Below are positions 47,961-59,249 of a DNA stretch of 64,000 bases, in pieces (the first letter of the stretch is position 1; every line of letters starts with the position of its first letter). The translations under genes and the position numbers were made by a program. The notes under the pieces are model-generated. The model searched no databases, had not been told where the DNA came from, and saw nothing but the letters and a program-made list of their open reading frames with translations. Source of the stretch: Ranitomeya imitator. Lineage: Eukaryota. The DNA is taken from NCBI RefSeq assembly GCF_032444005.1, contig NC_091285.1:638538001-638602000 (forward strand). The letters run 5' to 3'.

Positions 47961-48807
47961 GACGCACTTTTTTCCCCCCCAAAAAAGGGGGGAAAATGGG
48001 GGGTGCGTCTAATAGTCGCAATGCAGGCTTACCTAGGTGGCAGAGGTGCGGTGGCAGAGGTCCGGTGGCAGAGGTGCGGTTGCGGGGGTGTGGCGGCAGA
48101 GGAGGCGCAGTAAGCGGGGTCCCTTTCCCCGGTATGGTGATGCAGCAGGCCCGGTATGCAGCAGAGCCGGGTGAATCCTCTTGTTATCGGTGGTGGCAGC
48201 CATTTTCCGGAGGCCGCACGTGCGCAGATGGAGCGCTCTGCTTCTCGGGGCTTCAGGAAAATGGCCGCCGCGATCTCCATCTGCGCACGTGCGGCCTCCC
48301 GCGGCCATTTTCCTGAAGCCCCGGGAGCAGAGCGCTTCATCTGCACACACGCGGCCTCAGGAAGATGGCCGCGCCCACCGATAACAAGAGGATTCACCCG
48401 GCTCTGCTGCATACCGGGCCTGCTGCATCACCATACCGGGGAAAGGGACCCCGCTTCCTGCGCCTCCTCTGCTGCCACACCCCCGCCACCGCACCTCTGC
48501 CACCGGACCTCTGCCACCTAGGTAAGCCTGCATGGTACGCCAGGGACCCCTCTCACGCCATACCTCTCACTGCACCTCCTGATCCCAGCACCTCCTGATC
48601 CCAGCACCTCCTGATCCCAGCACCTCCTGATCCCAGCATCACCCCACCTTGCCTCCTGTGACCCTGCTCTGCCACCGCCATAAGATACTGTAAATTCGGA
48701 CAATAAGACGGACCCCCATGTTATAAAAAATCTTTTTTTCTGCAATTTTCACCCCAAATTTGGGGTGCGTCTTATGGTCCGGTGCGTCTTATAGTCCGAA
48801 AAATACG

Positions 48808-48809
<2 letters not shown>
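47961..48809. mobile_element. pogo-type MITE with ~490-bp internal foldback
   Basis: Right terminus ..CGAAAAATACGG; internal palindrome acctaggtggcagagg (48030) to cctctgccacctaggt (48524). Confidence 0.75.
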
Positions 48810-48879
<70 letters not shown>

Positions 48880-48997
48880 TTTTCCGCTTTTACATTTTAA
48901 AAGTGCCAAAAAGGAAAATGGGCCGATGCAAAAGTCTGGGTGCCCATGGAGATTTGTGTGCTCAGATAACTTTGTCCAAGATTTCAGACCTTAATTA

Positions 48998-50884
48998 CCG
49001 TATATACTCGCGTATAAGCCAACCCCCTAATTTTGCCACAAAAAACTTGGAAAACTTAATGACTCGAGTATAAGCCTAGGGTGGGAAATGCAGCAGCTAC
49101 CGGTAAATTTCAAAAATAAAAATAGAAACCAATAAAAGTAAAATTGATTGAGACATCAGTAGGTTAAAGGGCCTCTGTCACCCCCCCCCCCCCCCCCCCA
49201 GGCGTTTGAAACTAAAAGAGCCACCTTGTGCAGCAGTAATGCTGCATTCTGACAAGGTGGCTCTTTTAGTTATTGGGGCTGTAAATGCAGAAATAAAGCG
49301 TTTTGTAATTTGTCAAGAATACCTGTCTTTAGTCCTGGAGGCAGGTCTTTCCCCCCTGCTGCACACGCCACACAGCCATCAGTCAAGTCTTCTCGGCGCC
49401 GGGCGCCGCCTCCTCGGGACTGTTTTCAAATCATCCGGCGCCTGCGCTATTTTGTCTTGCCTGGGGCAGGCGCAGTGAGCGCTGCCCGTCTGACCTCATA
49501 TGCAGTCTTGCTGACTGCGCCTGTGCGGCCGCCCTGCTTGTGAATCCCAGCCCTGCAGTGTCTTATGATTTATCCACACTACGGGGCTGGGATTCCTGGG
49601 CATGCGCACTGCGACCTGGGTGAGTGGCTTAGACACGCAGTGCGCCTGCCCAGGAATCCCAGCCCCGCAGTGTGGATAAATCATAAGACACTGAGGGGCT
49701 GGGATTCACAAGCAGGGCGGCCGCACAGGCGCAGTCAGCAAGACTGCATACCGCACAGGCGCAGTCAGCAAGACTGCATATGAGGTCAGACGGGCAGCGC
49801 TCACTGCGCCTGCCCCAGGCATAACAAAAGAGCGCAGGCAGCGGCAGATTTCAAAACAGCGCTGAGGAGGCGGCGCCCGTCGCCAAGAAGACTTGAGGGA
49901 CGGCTGTGAGGCATCTGCAGCAGGGGGGGAAAGACCTGCCGACAGTACTGAAGACAGGTATTTTGGACAAATTACAAAACGGATTATTTCTGCATTTACA
50001 GCACCAATAACTAAATGAGCCACCTTGTCAGAATGCAGCATTACTGCTGCACAAGGTGGCTCTTTTAGTTTCAAACGCCTGGGGGGGGGGGTTGATAGGT
50101 TCCCTTTAAGTGTTTTTGAATATCCATATTGAATCAGGAGCCCCATATAATGCTCCATACAGTTCATGATGCCCCATAAGATGCTCCATATTAAAATATG
50201 TCCTATATAATGCTGCACAAAGGTTGATGGCCCCATAAGATGCTCCATAGATTATGCCCCATATGCTGTTGCAATGAAGAAAAAAATATATATATATCAC
50301 ATACTCACCTCTCGTCGCTCCGGTCCCCGGAACTTGTGATATTCACCTGTCCCCGGTTCCACTGCCGTGCGCCGCTCCGTATTCTGGCTCTATGACTGTT
50401 CAGGCAGAGGGCAGCAAGCACTAACTACGTCATTGCGCCCTCTGACCTGAATGTCACAGGCAGAGGACGCGGAAGACGGAGCCAGGCGGTGGAATGGGGA
50501 CAGGTGAATATCGCAATGCTCACGCTCTCCCGTTTTACTCACCCTCCTGGCGCTGTCCCTGCTTCTACGTCGTCCTGGGCAGGCAGCTTGTTCCCGAGTT
50601 CAGCAGCCACGTGGTACCGCTCACTAAAGTAATGAATATGCCTCCATATTCATTACTTTAATGAGCGGTACCACGTGACCGCTGAGTACAGGAGAGCTGC
50701 GGGCGCCGGAGAAGCAGGGACATGCAGAGACGCGCCGGGAGCACGTGAGTATGATGGGCAGCTGCAGCCGACCCCCTGGGACAATGACTCGAGTATAAGC
50801 AGAGAGGGGCACTTTCAGCCTAAAAAAAAAAAAAAAAAAAAAAAAATGGGCTGAAAATTTTGGCTTATACTCAAGTATATATGA
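48998..50884. mobile_element. pogo/Tigger-type MITE
   Basis: TA-CCGTATATACTCGCGTATAAGCC left end; GGCTTATACTCAAGTATATA(TG) right end. Confidence 0.8.
49168..50105. mobile_element. T2/Kolobok-type foldback element (938 bp) nested in the pogo MITE
   Basis: TTAA at 49164-49167 and 50106-50109; AGGG..CCCT termini; arms complementary over roughly 430 bp. Confidence 0.9.
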
Positions 50885-51511
50885 TAGCTTGTTTGGGTTA
50901 TGGCTTGTTCTCCACCATCGTTAGGAAAGGCCAATTGAAGCAAATTTCCCAGCTGTATAAAAACCCAGCCTCCTCTAACCTTGTGCAAAAAAAAAAAAAA
51001 ACAGCAGCCATGGGTTATTCTAAGCAGATGCCTAGCACTAAGAAAATGAAAATGGTGGAGGCCCACAAAGTAGGGGAAGGATATGAAAGGATAGCAAAGC
51101 ATTTTCAAACTGCTCTTTCCTCAGTTCAAAATGTAATTACGAAATAGAAGTTAGAAGGAACAGTGGAGGTCAAAATAAGGTCTGGAAGACCAACCAAAAT
51201 TTCAGTGAGAGCTGCTCTTAGGATTGCTGAAGAGGCAAATCAGAACCCCAGCTTGACTGCAAAAGACCTTCAGAAAGATTTAGCAGACTCTGGAGGTGTG
51301 TTACATTGTTCTTCAGAGACACCTTCACAAATATGGCCTTCATGGAAAAGTCATCAGAAGAAAACCTCTCCTGAGTCCTCACCATAAAATACAGAGTCAG
51401 AAGTGTGCAAAAGTACATCTAAACAAGTCTAATGCATTTTGGAAACCAGTCCTGTGGACCAATGAGGTAAAATAGAACTCTTTGGCCACAATGATCAAAA
51501 GTTATGTGTAG

Positions 51512-51667
<156 letters not shown>

Positions 51668-52159
51668 TGATGCAGACATAACAGCATCTGTAAAAAAGCT
51701 GAAGTTGAAAAGAGGATGGCTTCTACAAATGGATAATGATCCTAAACACACATTAAAATCCACAATAGACGACCTCAAAAAGGCGCAAGCTGAAGGTTTT
51801 ACAATGGCCCTCACAGTCCCCTGATCTGATCATCATAGAAAAATCTGTGGCTAGATCTCAAAATACCAAAAGGAATCTCACAGAACTGGAAGAATTTTCC
51901 AAGGAAGAATGGATGAAAATCCCTCAAACAAGAATTGAAAGAATCTTGTCTGGTTACAAAAGGCGTCTACAAGCTGTGAAACTTGCAAAAGGGTGGGGAG
52001 GGGGTGCTAGATACTAACCATTCAGGGTGCACAAACGTTTGCAACAGCCCAGTTTTCTTTTTGTAACTTTTAAAATGTAAAAAGGGGTGCCCATATCTTT
52101 ACATGCCACTGTACATGACAGGTAATAGGACCGCTCTCCAGCCTGCCCACAGCATCATA

Positions 52160-54085
52160 AAACCCAAGGAACACACCAGACAGATCAGGGATAAAGTTGT
52201 AGACAAGACTAAAGCATGGTTAGGTCATAAAAAACAAACAAACGTCAAGCTCTGAACATCTCACAGAGAACTGTGCAATCCATCATTCAAAAACGAAAGG
52301 AGTATGGCACAACTGCAAACCTACAAAGACCTGGCCGCCCACCTAAATCGACATCCCAAGTGTGAGGGACAAGGGAGACTCCATTTTGGATTTATGAATT
52401 CAGAACCAATAGATTATCCAGAGATCTCCCTCCACTTCTGAATTGTGAACCCCCACTCTTGGGAAAAGTACACACTTCCAAAAAGCTCTTAACTTTACAA
52501 CTGGCCAGAGAATTAGAGGCCACATGTTAAAGAAGGGGAGAAGGGGAGCAGAGCTGAGACCCCTGCTGTCTTTGGTGCAAGTCACCTTGCATCAAGTTCC
52601 CTGACTGACCTGAGGGTAAGGGTGGCGCTAGAGAGCTGCTCCATCACAGACTGATGACGGCGAGGGGATATCGGTATCCTCCGGCTCCTCTCATGTGTGG
52701 TTATCTTACACCAAGAAAGGAGAGCACTAATTAGAAGCAGCCAAGAGGCCCATGTGTTATGATCTGGTGGTTAGAACAAATAGTGGACCTGGTAGTTAGA
52801 GCACCAGAAAAGACCTGATAGCACATGAATACAGGACAAGCTCTGGGAAGTGGAACCTCTGCTGCCCGCAATCCCTAATCCTATCACGTACACTAGAAAT
52901 AGCCGTGGAGCGCTCCTATCATGACCTAGGCGCCTCGTCACAGCCTCAGAACTAGCTAGCCCTAGAGATAGGAAAAATAAGCCTATCTTGCCTCAGGGAA
53001 AATTCCCCAAAGGAAAAGGCAGCCCCCCACATATATTGACTGTGAGTAAGATGAAATCACAAACACAGAGATGAAATAGATTTAGCAAAGAGAGGCCCGA
53101 CTTACTAAACAGACAGAAGATAGGAAAGGTCACTTTGCAGTCAGCACAAAACTCTAAAAAAGCCACACAGAGAGTGCAGGGAAAAATACCTTCCGCACCG
53201 ACTAACAGAGCGGAGGCGCCCCTCTGCGTCCCAGAGCTTCCAGCAAGCAAGGCAAAATTCACATAAGCATGCTGGACAGAAAAAATAGCAAACAAGAAAA
53301 AAGCAAAGCGAAACTTAGCTTCTGCTGGAGAAAACAGGTAACCAGGAAGATCCAGGAGCGAACTAGACCAATGCTACAACATTGACAGCTGGCATCGGAC
53401 AAGGATCCAAGTGGAGTTAAATAGAGCAGCCCACTAACGAATTAGCCTCATCACCTGTGGAAGGAAACTCAGAAACACCCACAGGCATCAGAGAAAGTCC
53501 ATGGACAGAACCAGCCGAAGTACCATTCATGACCACAGGAGAGAGCCCGAAAACAGAATTCACAACACCCATGGTCACTCTGGAGGAGCCGCAGAAATCC
53601 ACAGCTCAGGAGGGATAATCGTCCACAAAAGAACTATTAGTCATGTGCTCCACAAATCTGGCCTTTACAGAGGAGTGGCAAGAAGAAAGCCATTTCTGAA
53701 AGCCATAAGAAGTTCCATTTGCAATTTGCGAAAAGTCATATAGGACCACAGCGAGCATGTGGAAGAAGGCGCCCTGGTCACATGAGACCAAAGTAGAAGT
53801 TTATTGGCTAAATGCAAAACACTGTTTTACAGAAAACTAACAATACACATCACCCTCAAAACACCATCCCTACCGTCATTCATGGTGGTGGCAGCATCAT
53901 CTTGCTGTGGTTAGGCTTTTTTCAGCAATGACATGGAACCTGGTCAGAGTTGATGGGAAGATGGATGGAGTTAAATACAGGGCAATCCTGGAGGAAAATC
54001 TGTTAAAGGCTGTAAAAGACTTGAGTGCAGGTTCACCTTCCAGCAGGACGATGGCCCTAACCATACTGCCAGAGCTACAATGGAT
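52160..54085 (+). pseudogene. Tc1 transposase pseudogene (fourth copy) broken by at least two insertions
   Basis: Fragments ..KRPM|VTLEE.., VARRKPFLK, HGGGSII.W, FQQD.GP.H; the frame rejoins across the LTR at CCCATG. Confidence 0.8.
52755..53567. mobile_element. Probable solo LTR (813 bp) with 6-bp target duplication
   Basis: TGTTATGA..TCACAACA termini; CCCATG at 52749-52754 and 53568-53573. Confidence 0.8.
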
Positions 54086-54564
54086 GGTGTAAAACAGGGG
54101 TGGGTAATTATTTTCCCCCCCTCGAGGGCCCCATGAGAGACCGCCCCCAGAGTGGAGCGCTGAGGACAGAAAAGTCACCAACGCTCTGCTGACGTCATAA
54201 CTGCAGAGTCAGGACCTCCTCTTCCATCTACACAGAATGGTGACATGTCCCTCGGCAGAAAGGGACGACTGTCACTACTGTCTACAGCACGACGGTGGCC
54301 CACAGTCAGCAGATGTCACAACAGACTCCCCCAGAGCAAGTTATTGGTAGAGAAAGGGGTTTTCTTATGAATAGTATGTTTCTATAATCGATGGGGGTCC
54401 AATGCCTCGGAAACCCACCGAGTCTACATGGACATAGCCCCATAAGAGTTGTCCTATCACTGACCCCTTATTATATTCGCTCCATTAGAGAGGAACAAAT
54501 CGCTGAGGTTGGAGCGGCAGGAATAGTCAGCGAGAGGCAAAAAATGCTGAAGGAGGCTGCAATA

Positions 54565-54611
54565 ACGCCCCGAGGAAGGAGCTTCTGTTGCTCCGAAACG
54601 CGCGTTGGGGT
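54565..54611 (+). ncRNA. Type I hammerhead-ribozyme-like motif, one core substitution, in a ~600-bp Penelope/retrozyme-type block
   Basis: ACGCC-CCGAGGA-A-GGAGC[TTCTGTT]GCTCC-GAAA-C[GCGC]G-TT-GGGGT; core CUGANGA appears as CCGAGGA. Confidence 0.6.
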
Positions 54612-55029
54612 GGGCTCTAGGTCCCCCACTACTACGCATACCAGGTACTGTATGACTACTCTAGTCTTAATGGCTTGGCGTTGATTATTCGTTATTGATA
54701 TACTCTGTATACATAGATTTATTCCTCTATATCTATGGCCAGTTAGCCAATACAAATTGATCTATGGTGTGCCTGTGTAGGGGGGGTTTCGTATAGCCCC
54801 TACTTGTTTTTGTACTGCCATATAATGTTCCACTTCCCCACTTTAGCTGCTGTACCTGTTCCTGTTAATTGGTTTTAATTTTGTACTTAATAAAGTGATA
54901 TATTTTATGGGATTTATTGACTGCGTTGTTGTGGTGATTAAAATAAATGGAGACTGTGTCCTCCGGCGAAGGCCCCTCCACACGGTGTCTCCAGTACGTC
55001 AGTGTCTCCAGTACGTGTGGTGATAGTTG

Positions 55030-56095
55030 TGCCAAGGAGCACCCCCCGCAGTACGTGCCACGTCCCGAGGAGCACCCCCCGCAATACGTGCCACGTCCCG
55101 AGGAGCACCCCCCGCAATACGTGCCACGTCCCGAGGAGCACCCCCCGCAGTGCGTGCCACGTCCCGAGGAGCACCCCCACAATACATGCCACGTCCCGGG
55201 GAGCACCCCCACAATACATGCCTCATCCCGAGGAGCACCCCCCGCAATACATGCCACGTCCCGAGGAGCACCCCCCGCAGTGCGTGCCACGTCCCGAGGA
55301 GCACCCCCACAATACATGCCACGTCCCGGGGAGCACCCCCACAATACATGCCTCATCCCGAGGAGCACCCCCCGCAGTGCGTGCCACGTCCCGAGGAGCA
55401 CCCCCACAATACATGCCACGTCCCGGGGAGCACCCCCACAATACATGCCTCATCCCGAGGAGCACCCCCCGCAATACGTCCCACGTCCCGAGGAGCACCC
55501 CCCGCAATACGTGCCACGTCCCGAGGAGCACCCCCCGCAATACATTCCACTTCCCGAGGAGCACCCCCACAATACATGCCACGTCCCGAGGAGCACCCCC
55601 CGCAGTGCGTGCCACGTCCCGAGGAGCACCCCCACAATACATGCCACGTCCCGGGGAGCACCCCCACAATACATGCCTCATCCCGAGGAGCACCCCCCGC
55701 AATGCGCGCCTCGTCCCGGGGAGCACCCCCACAATACATGCCACGTCCCGAGGAGCACCCCCACAATACATGCCTCATCCCGGGGAGCACCCCCACAATA
55801 CGTGCCACGTCCCGGGGAGCACCCCCGCAATACATGCCATGTCCCGGGGAGCACCCCCATAATAATATGTGCCACGTCCTGGGGAGCACCCCCACAATAC
55901 GTGCCACGTCCCGGGGAGCACCCCCACAATACGTGCCACGTCCCGGGGAGCACCCCCGCAATACATGCCATGTCCCGGGGAGCACCCCCATAATAATATG
56001 TGCCACGTCCTGGGGAGCACCCCCACAATACGTGCCACGTCCCGGGGAGCACCCCCATATGTGCCACGTCCCGGGGAGCACCCCCACAATATGTG
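55030..56095. repeat. GC-rich 32/33-bp minisatellite, about 32 units, in BAG4 intron 1
   Basis: Units gaggagcacccccacaatacatgccacgtccc (32) and gaggagcaccccccgcaatacgtgccacgtccc (33). Confidence 0.95.
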
Positions 56096-56337
56096 CACTT
56101 TTGGGGACTCTCTGCCCCCGCGGACCAGTCACACCCTCCCGCTTCTTCATGGCACCTGGTGACACCCACCCCACAGACGCCTCCCGGACCGCGGCTGTCA
56201 GCCTCTCTCCGCCTTGCTGACTGCACTGCCGCCATATTGGCCGTCCCCCAGCTCTACCACAGTGGGGCGCCCTAGGAGGCCGCACACGGTGAGGAGGTGC
56301 ACGGTCACTGAAGCACCGGACGGAGGGGACACAATAC

Positions 56338-56511
56338 CTGGGCTCCGGCGGCTCCTCCCATCTCTCCGCCTCCGGCCCAGCTTCTCGCAGTCTCCTGGGG
56401 GTAATACCCGGAGCCCCAGCCGGAGGCGGCCTCCCCCTGCCGCTGCCGCGCCATCACCTCCCCGGAGGGATAATATCCGCTGCCATCTCCGGCTCTGTGC
56501 GTAGCCGACAT
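56338..56511 (-). CDS. BAG4: BAG4 coding exon 1
   Basis: MSATHRAGDGSGYYPSGE..GSGYYPQE..AGAQ shares MSA and GYYPSG with BAG4; phase-0 donor CAG|GTATTG. Exons sum to 174+93+258+159+471=1155 nt (384 aa + stop) with no internal stop. Confidence 0.88.
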
Positions 56512-57133
56512 GAAAGTAGCAGAGTAAACAGCCAGCCGCGCAAACCCACTGCTAGTGCGCAAGCGCGGTACGAAGCATGGCAAGCAACCATGAGCCAATC
56601 ACAGCGGTTGAGAATAATCAGCAGCCAATTAGACTTCAGCGTGCGACATATGACACGCCCACTACAGTTTCAAACAGCCAATAAGGTGTTAGGGAAATTA
56701 TCTGTCACTTTACCCATAAGTTACCGCCTTCACTTGTCCTCTATAAGTATTCTAGCCAATCAGGAGTGCAATAATTCGGTTACGTCACACTAACCTTCTC
56801 AAATAGTAACTGCACTATAAGCGCAAGCGCGTATGATCCATATCATTTCTTGACCGCGCCTACTTTTATTATTTAAGCCAATCAGGATTTAGATGCTAAC
56901 CACGCCTATTTAGAGCCTGCTGTCCAATCGGTGTAACGTAATAATAGACGGCAGCTGTGTAACCACACCCACCCGGCGCGGAAATGTGACGTCATGGTTG
57001 TGGTTATAATCCGCGACTTGTGTGGCGGGCGTCATTTATTATTTTTGTATCGAAGTATGGCGACGGTTCCTGCCGGCTGGTTGGCGCCGTGTCCGGTGTG
57101 AGGCTTTGCCCCGAGTAGGGGGCGGGTGAGAGG
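56512..57133. promoter_or_regulatory. Bidirectional BAG4/LSM1 promoter
   Basis: 622 nt between divergent ATGs; CpG-rich; CCAAT at 56595, 56625, 56678, 56756, 56878, 56924; E2F-like GGCGCGGAAA 56975; CRE TGACGTCA 56987-56994; GCGCAAGCGC twice. Confidence 0.85.
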
Positions 57134-57179
57134 ATGAATTACATGCCGGGGACCGCCAGCCTCATAGAGGACATTGACA
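57134..57179 (+). CDS. LSM1: U6 snRNA-associated Sm-like protein LSm1, coding exon 1
   Basis: MNYMPGTASLIEDID matches the LSM1 N-terminus; phase-1 donor A|GTCAGT. Confidence 0.96.
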
Positions 57180-57597
57180 GTCAGTATAGCGCGCGTCTGG
57201 GGCGGGAGGAGGGGAGGCGGCAGTGACTGAGCTCCACGCTGCCTTCCGGTGGGTTGCCATAGGCAACTGCGGTGCTTTTATTCCACTTAAAGGGATTGTC
57301 CTGAGTATATGCAATGTCTCTCACATGTCCCTTTAAAACTGGGTTTTAAGTTTCAGAAAAGCTCTGTTCCCCCAGCTGAAGGTTTTTGTTGTTAGGCATT
57401 GGCTTTACTCCCATCACCAGGTCCAGCTGCAGCCAATCATTTGCGGTTTGAGCCACTGAGCCCCATTCTTGGCTTCAGCACTGCAGATAATACCCTGGGA
57501 GCAGCGATGGTGATCGGTGATGATACAGGGGAGGGTGAGTAAAGCACAATTGTGTTTTTGCTTGGGAATGTGGTTTCCAAAACCAGAAAACCCCTTT

Positions 57598-57967
57598 GAA
57601 ATCTGTCAGTAGGTTTTTGCTACCTCACCAGAGAGCAGCATGATGTAGGGACGGAGACCCTGATTCCTGCAATATATCATTTTCAGTTTATTGGGTGCAG
57701 TAGTTGTGGTAGTCTTTAGATGTAGCAGAGTTCAGAAAGCTGCCCACACCTGGTTCTACGTGTACGTCATGTAAGCACAGGAGGGGACGTGGTCAGGCCA
57801 GGTGTCAGGAGGGCAGCGGTCCGGCAGTGATAATATCCTGCTGATAAAACACTTATTGTATTGAAACGGCACACATGATCAGTATGTGAAACATCCAGAA
57901 ATCAGGGTCTCGGCTCCTACATTATGCTGCCCACAGATAAGAGCAGCAACCTGCTGACAGATGCCCT
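57598..57967. mobile_element. T2/Kolobok-type MITE in LSM1 intron 1
   Basis: ATCTGTCAGTAGGTT / AACCTGCTGACAGATGCCCT-TTAA. Confidence 0.7.
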
Positions 57968-57971
57968 TTAA

Positions 57972-59249
57972 CCCCTTCATGACCAGGGGATTTTTCGTTT
58001 TTCCGTGTTCGTTTTTCGTTCCCCTCCTTCCCAGAGCCATAACTTTTTTATTTTTCCGTCAATTTGGCCATGTGAGGGCTTATTTTTTGCGGGACGAGTT
58101 GTACTTTTGAACGACATCATTGGTTTTAGCATGTCGTGTACTAGAAAACGGGAAAAAAATTCCAAGTGCGGTGAAATTGCAAAAAAAGTGCAATCCCACA
58201 TTGGTTTTTTGTTTGGCTTTTTTGCTAGGTTCACTAAATGCTAAAAATAACCTGCCATTATGATTCTCCAGGTCATTACGAGTTCATAGACACCAAACAT
58301 GACTAGGTTATTTTTTATCTAAGTGGTGAAAAAAAATTCCAAACTTTGCTAAAAAAAAAAAAAAAAAATGCGCCATTTTCCGATACTCGTAGCGTCTCCA
58401 TTTTTCGTGATCTGGGGTCGGTTGAGGGCTTATTTTTTGCGTGCCGAGATGACGTTTTTAATGATAGCATTTCGGTGCAGATACGTTCTTTTGATCGCCC
58501 GTTATTGCATTTTAATGCAATGTCGCGGTGACCAAAAAAACGTAATTCTGGCGTTTCGAGTTTTTTTCCCGCTACACTGTTTAGCGATCAGGTTAATACT
58601 TTTTTTTATTTGATAGATCGGGCAATTCTGAGCGCGGCGATACCAAATATGCGTAGATTTGATATTTTTTTTATTGATTTATTTTGATTGGGGCGAAAGG
58701 GGGGTGATTTAAACTTTTGTTTTTTTTATTTTTTTCACATTTTTTTAAACTTTTTTTTTTAACTTTTGCCATGCTTCAATAGCCTCCATGGGAGGCTAGA
58801 AGCAGGCACAACTCGATCGGCTCTGCTACATAGCAGCGATCTGCTGATCGCTGCTATGTAGCAGAATTGCACGTGTGCTGTGAGCGCCGACCACAGGGTG
58901 GCGCTCACAGCGACGGGCAATCAGTAACCATAGAGGTCTCAAGGACCTCTATGGCTACAATGGAGACGCATCGCCGACCCCCGGACATGACGGGGGTCGG
59001 CGATGACGTCATTTCCGGCCGCCCGGCCGGAAGCGGTAGTTAAATGCCGCTGTCTGCGTTTGACAGCGGCATTTAACTAGTTAATAGGTGCGGGCAGATC
59101 GCGATTCTGCCCGCGCCTATTACGGGCACATGTCAGCTGTTCAAAACAGCTGACATGTCCCGGCTTTGGTGCGGGCTCACCGCGGAGCCCTGCATCAAAG
59201 CAGGGGAGCCGGCATCGGACGGTATAGTACGTCCGATGCCGGTAAGGGG
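57972..59249. mobile_element. piggyBac-like non-autonomous element (1278 bp)
   Basis: TTAA-CCCCTT ... AAGGGG-TTAA (57968-57971; 59250-59253); no ORF. Confidence 0.85.

Noticed and set aside
54865-56285. Many Pro/His-rich or Gly/Cys-rich ORFs up to 397 aa
   Set aside because: Translations of a 32/33-bp minisatellite open on both strands; mixed unit lengths shift frames freely.
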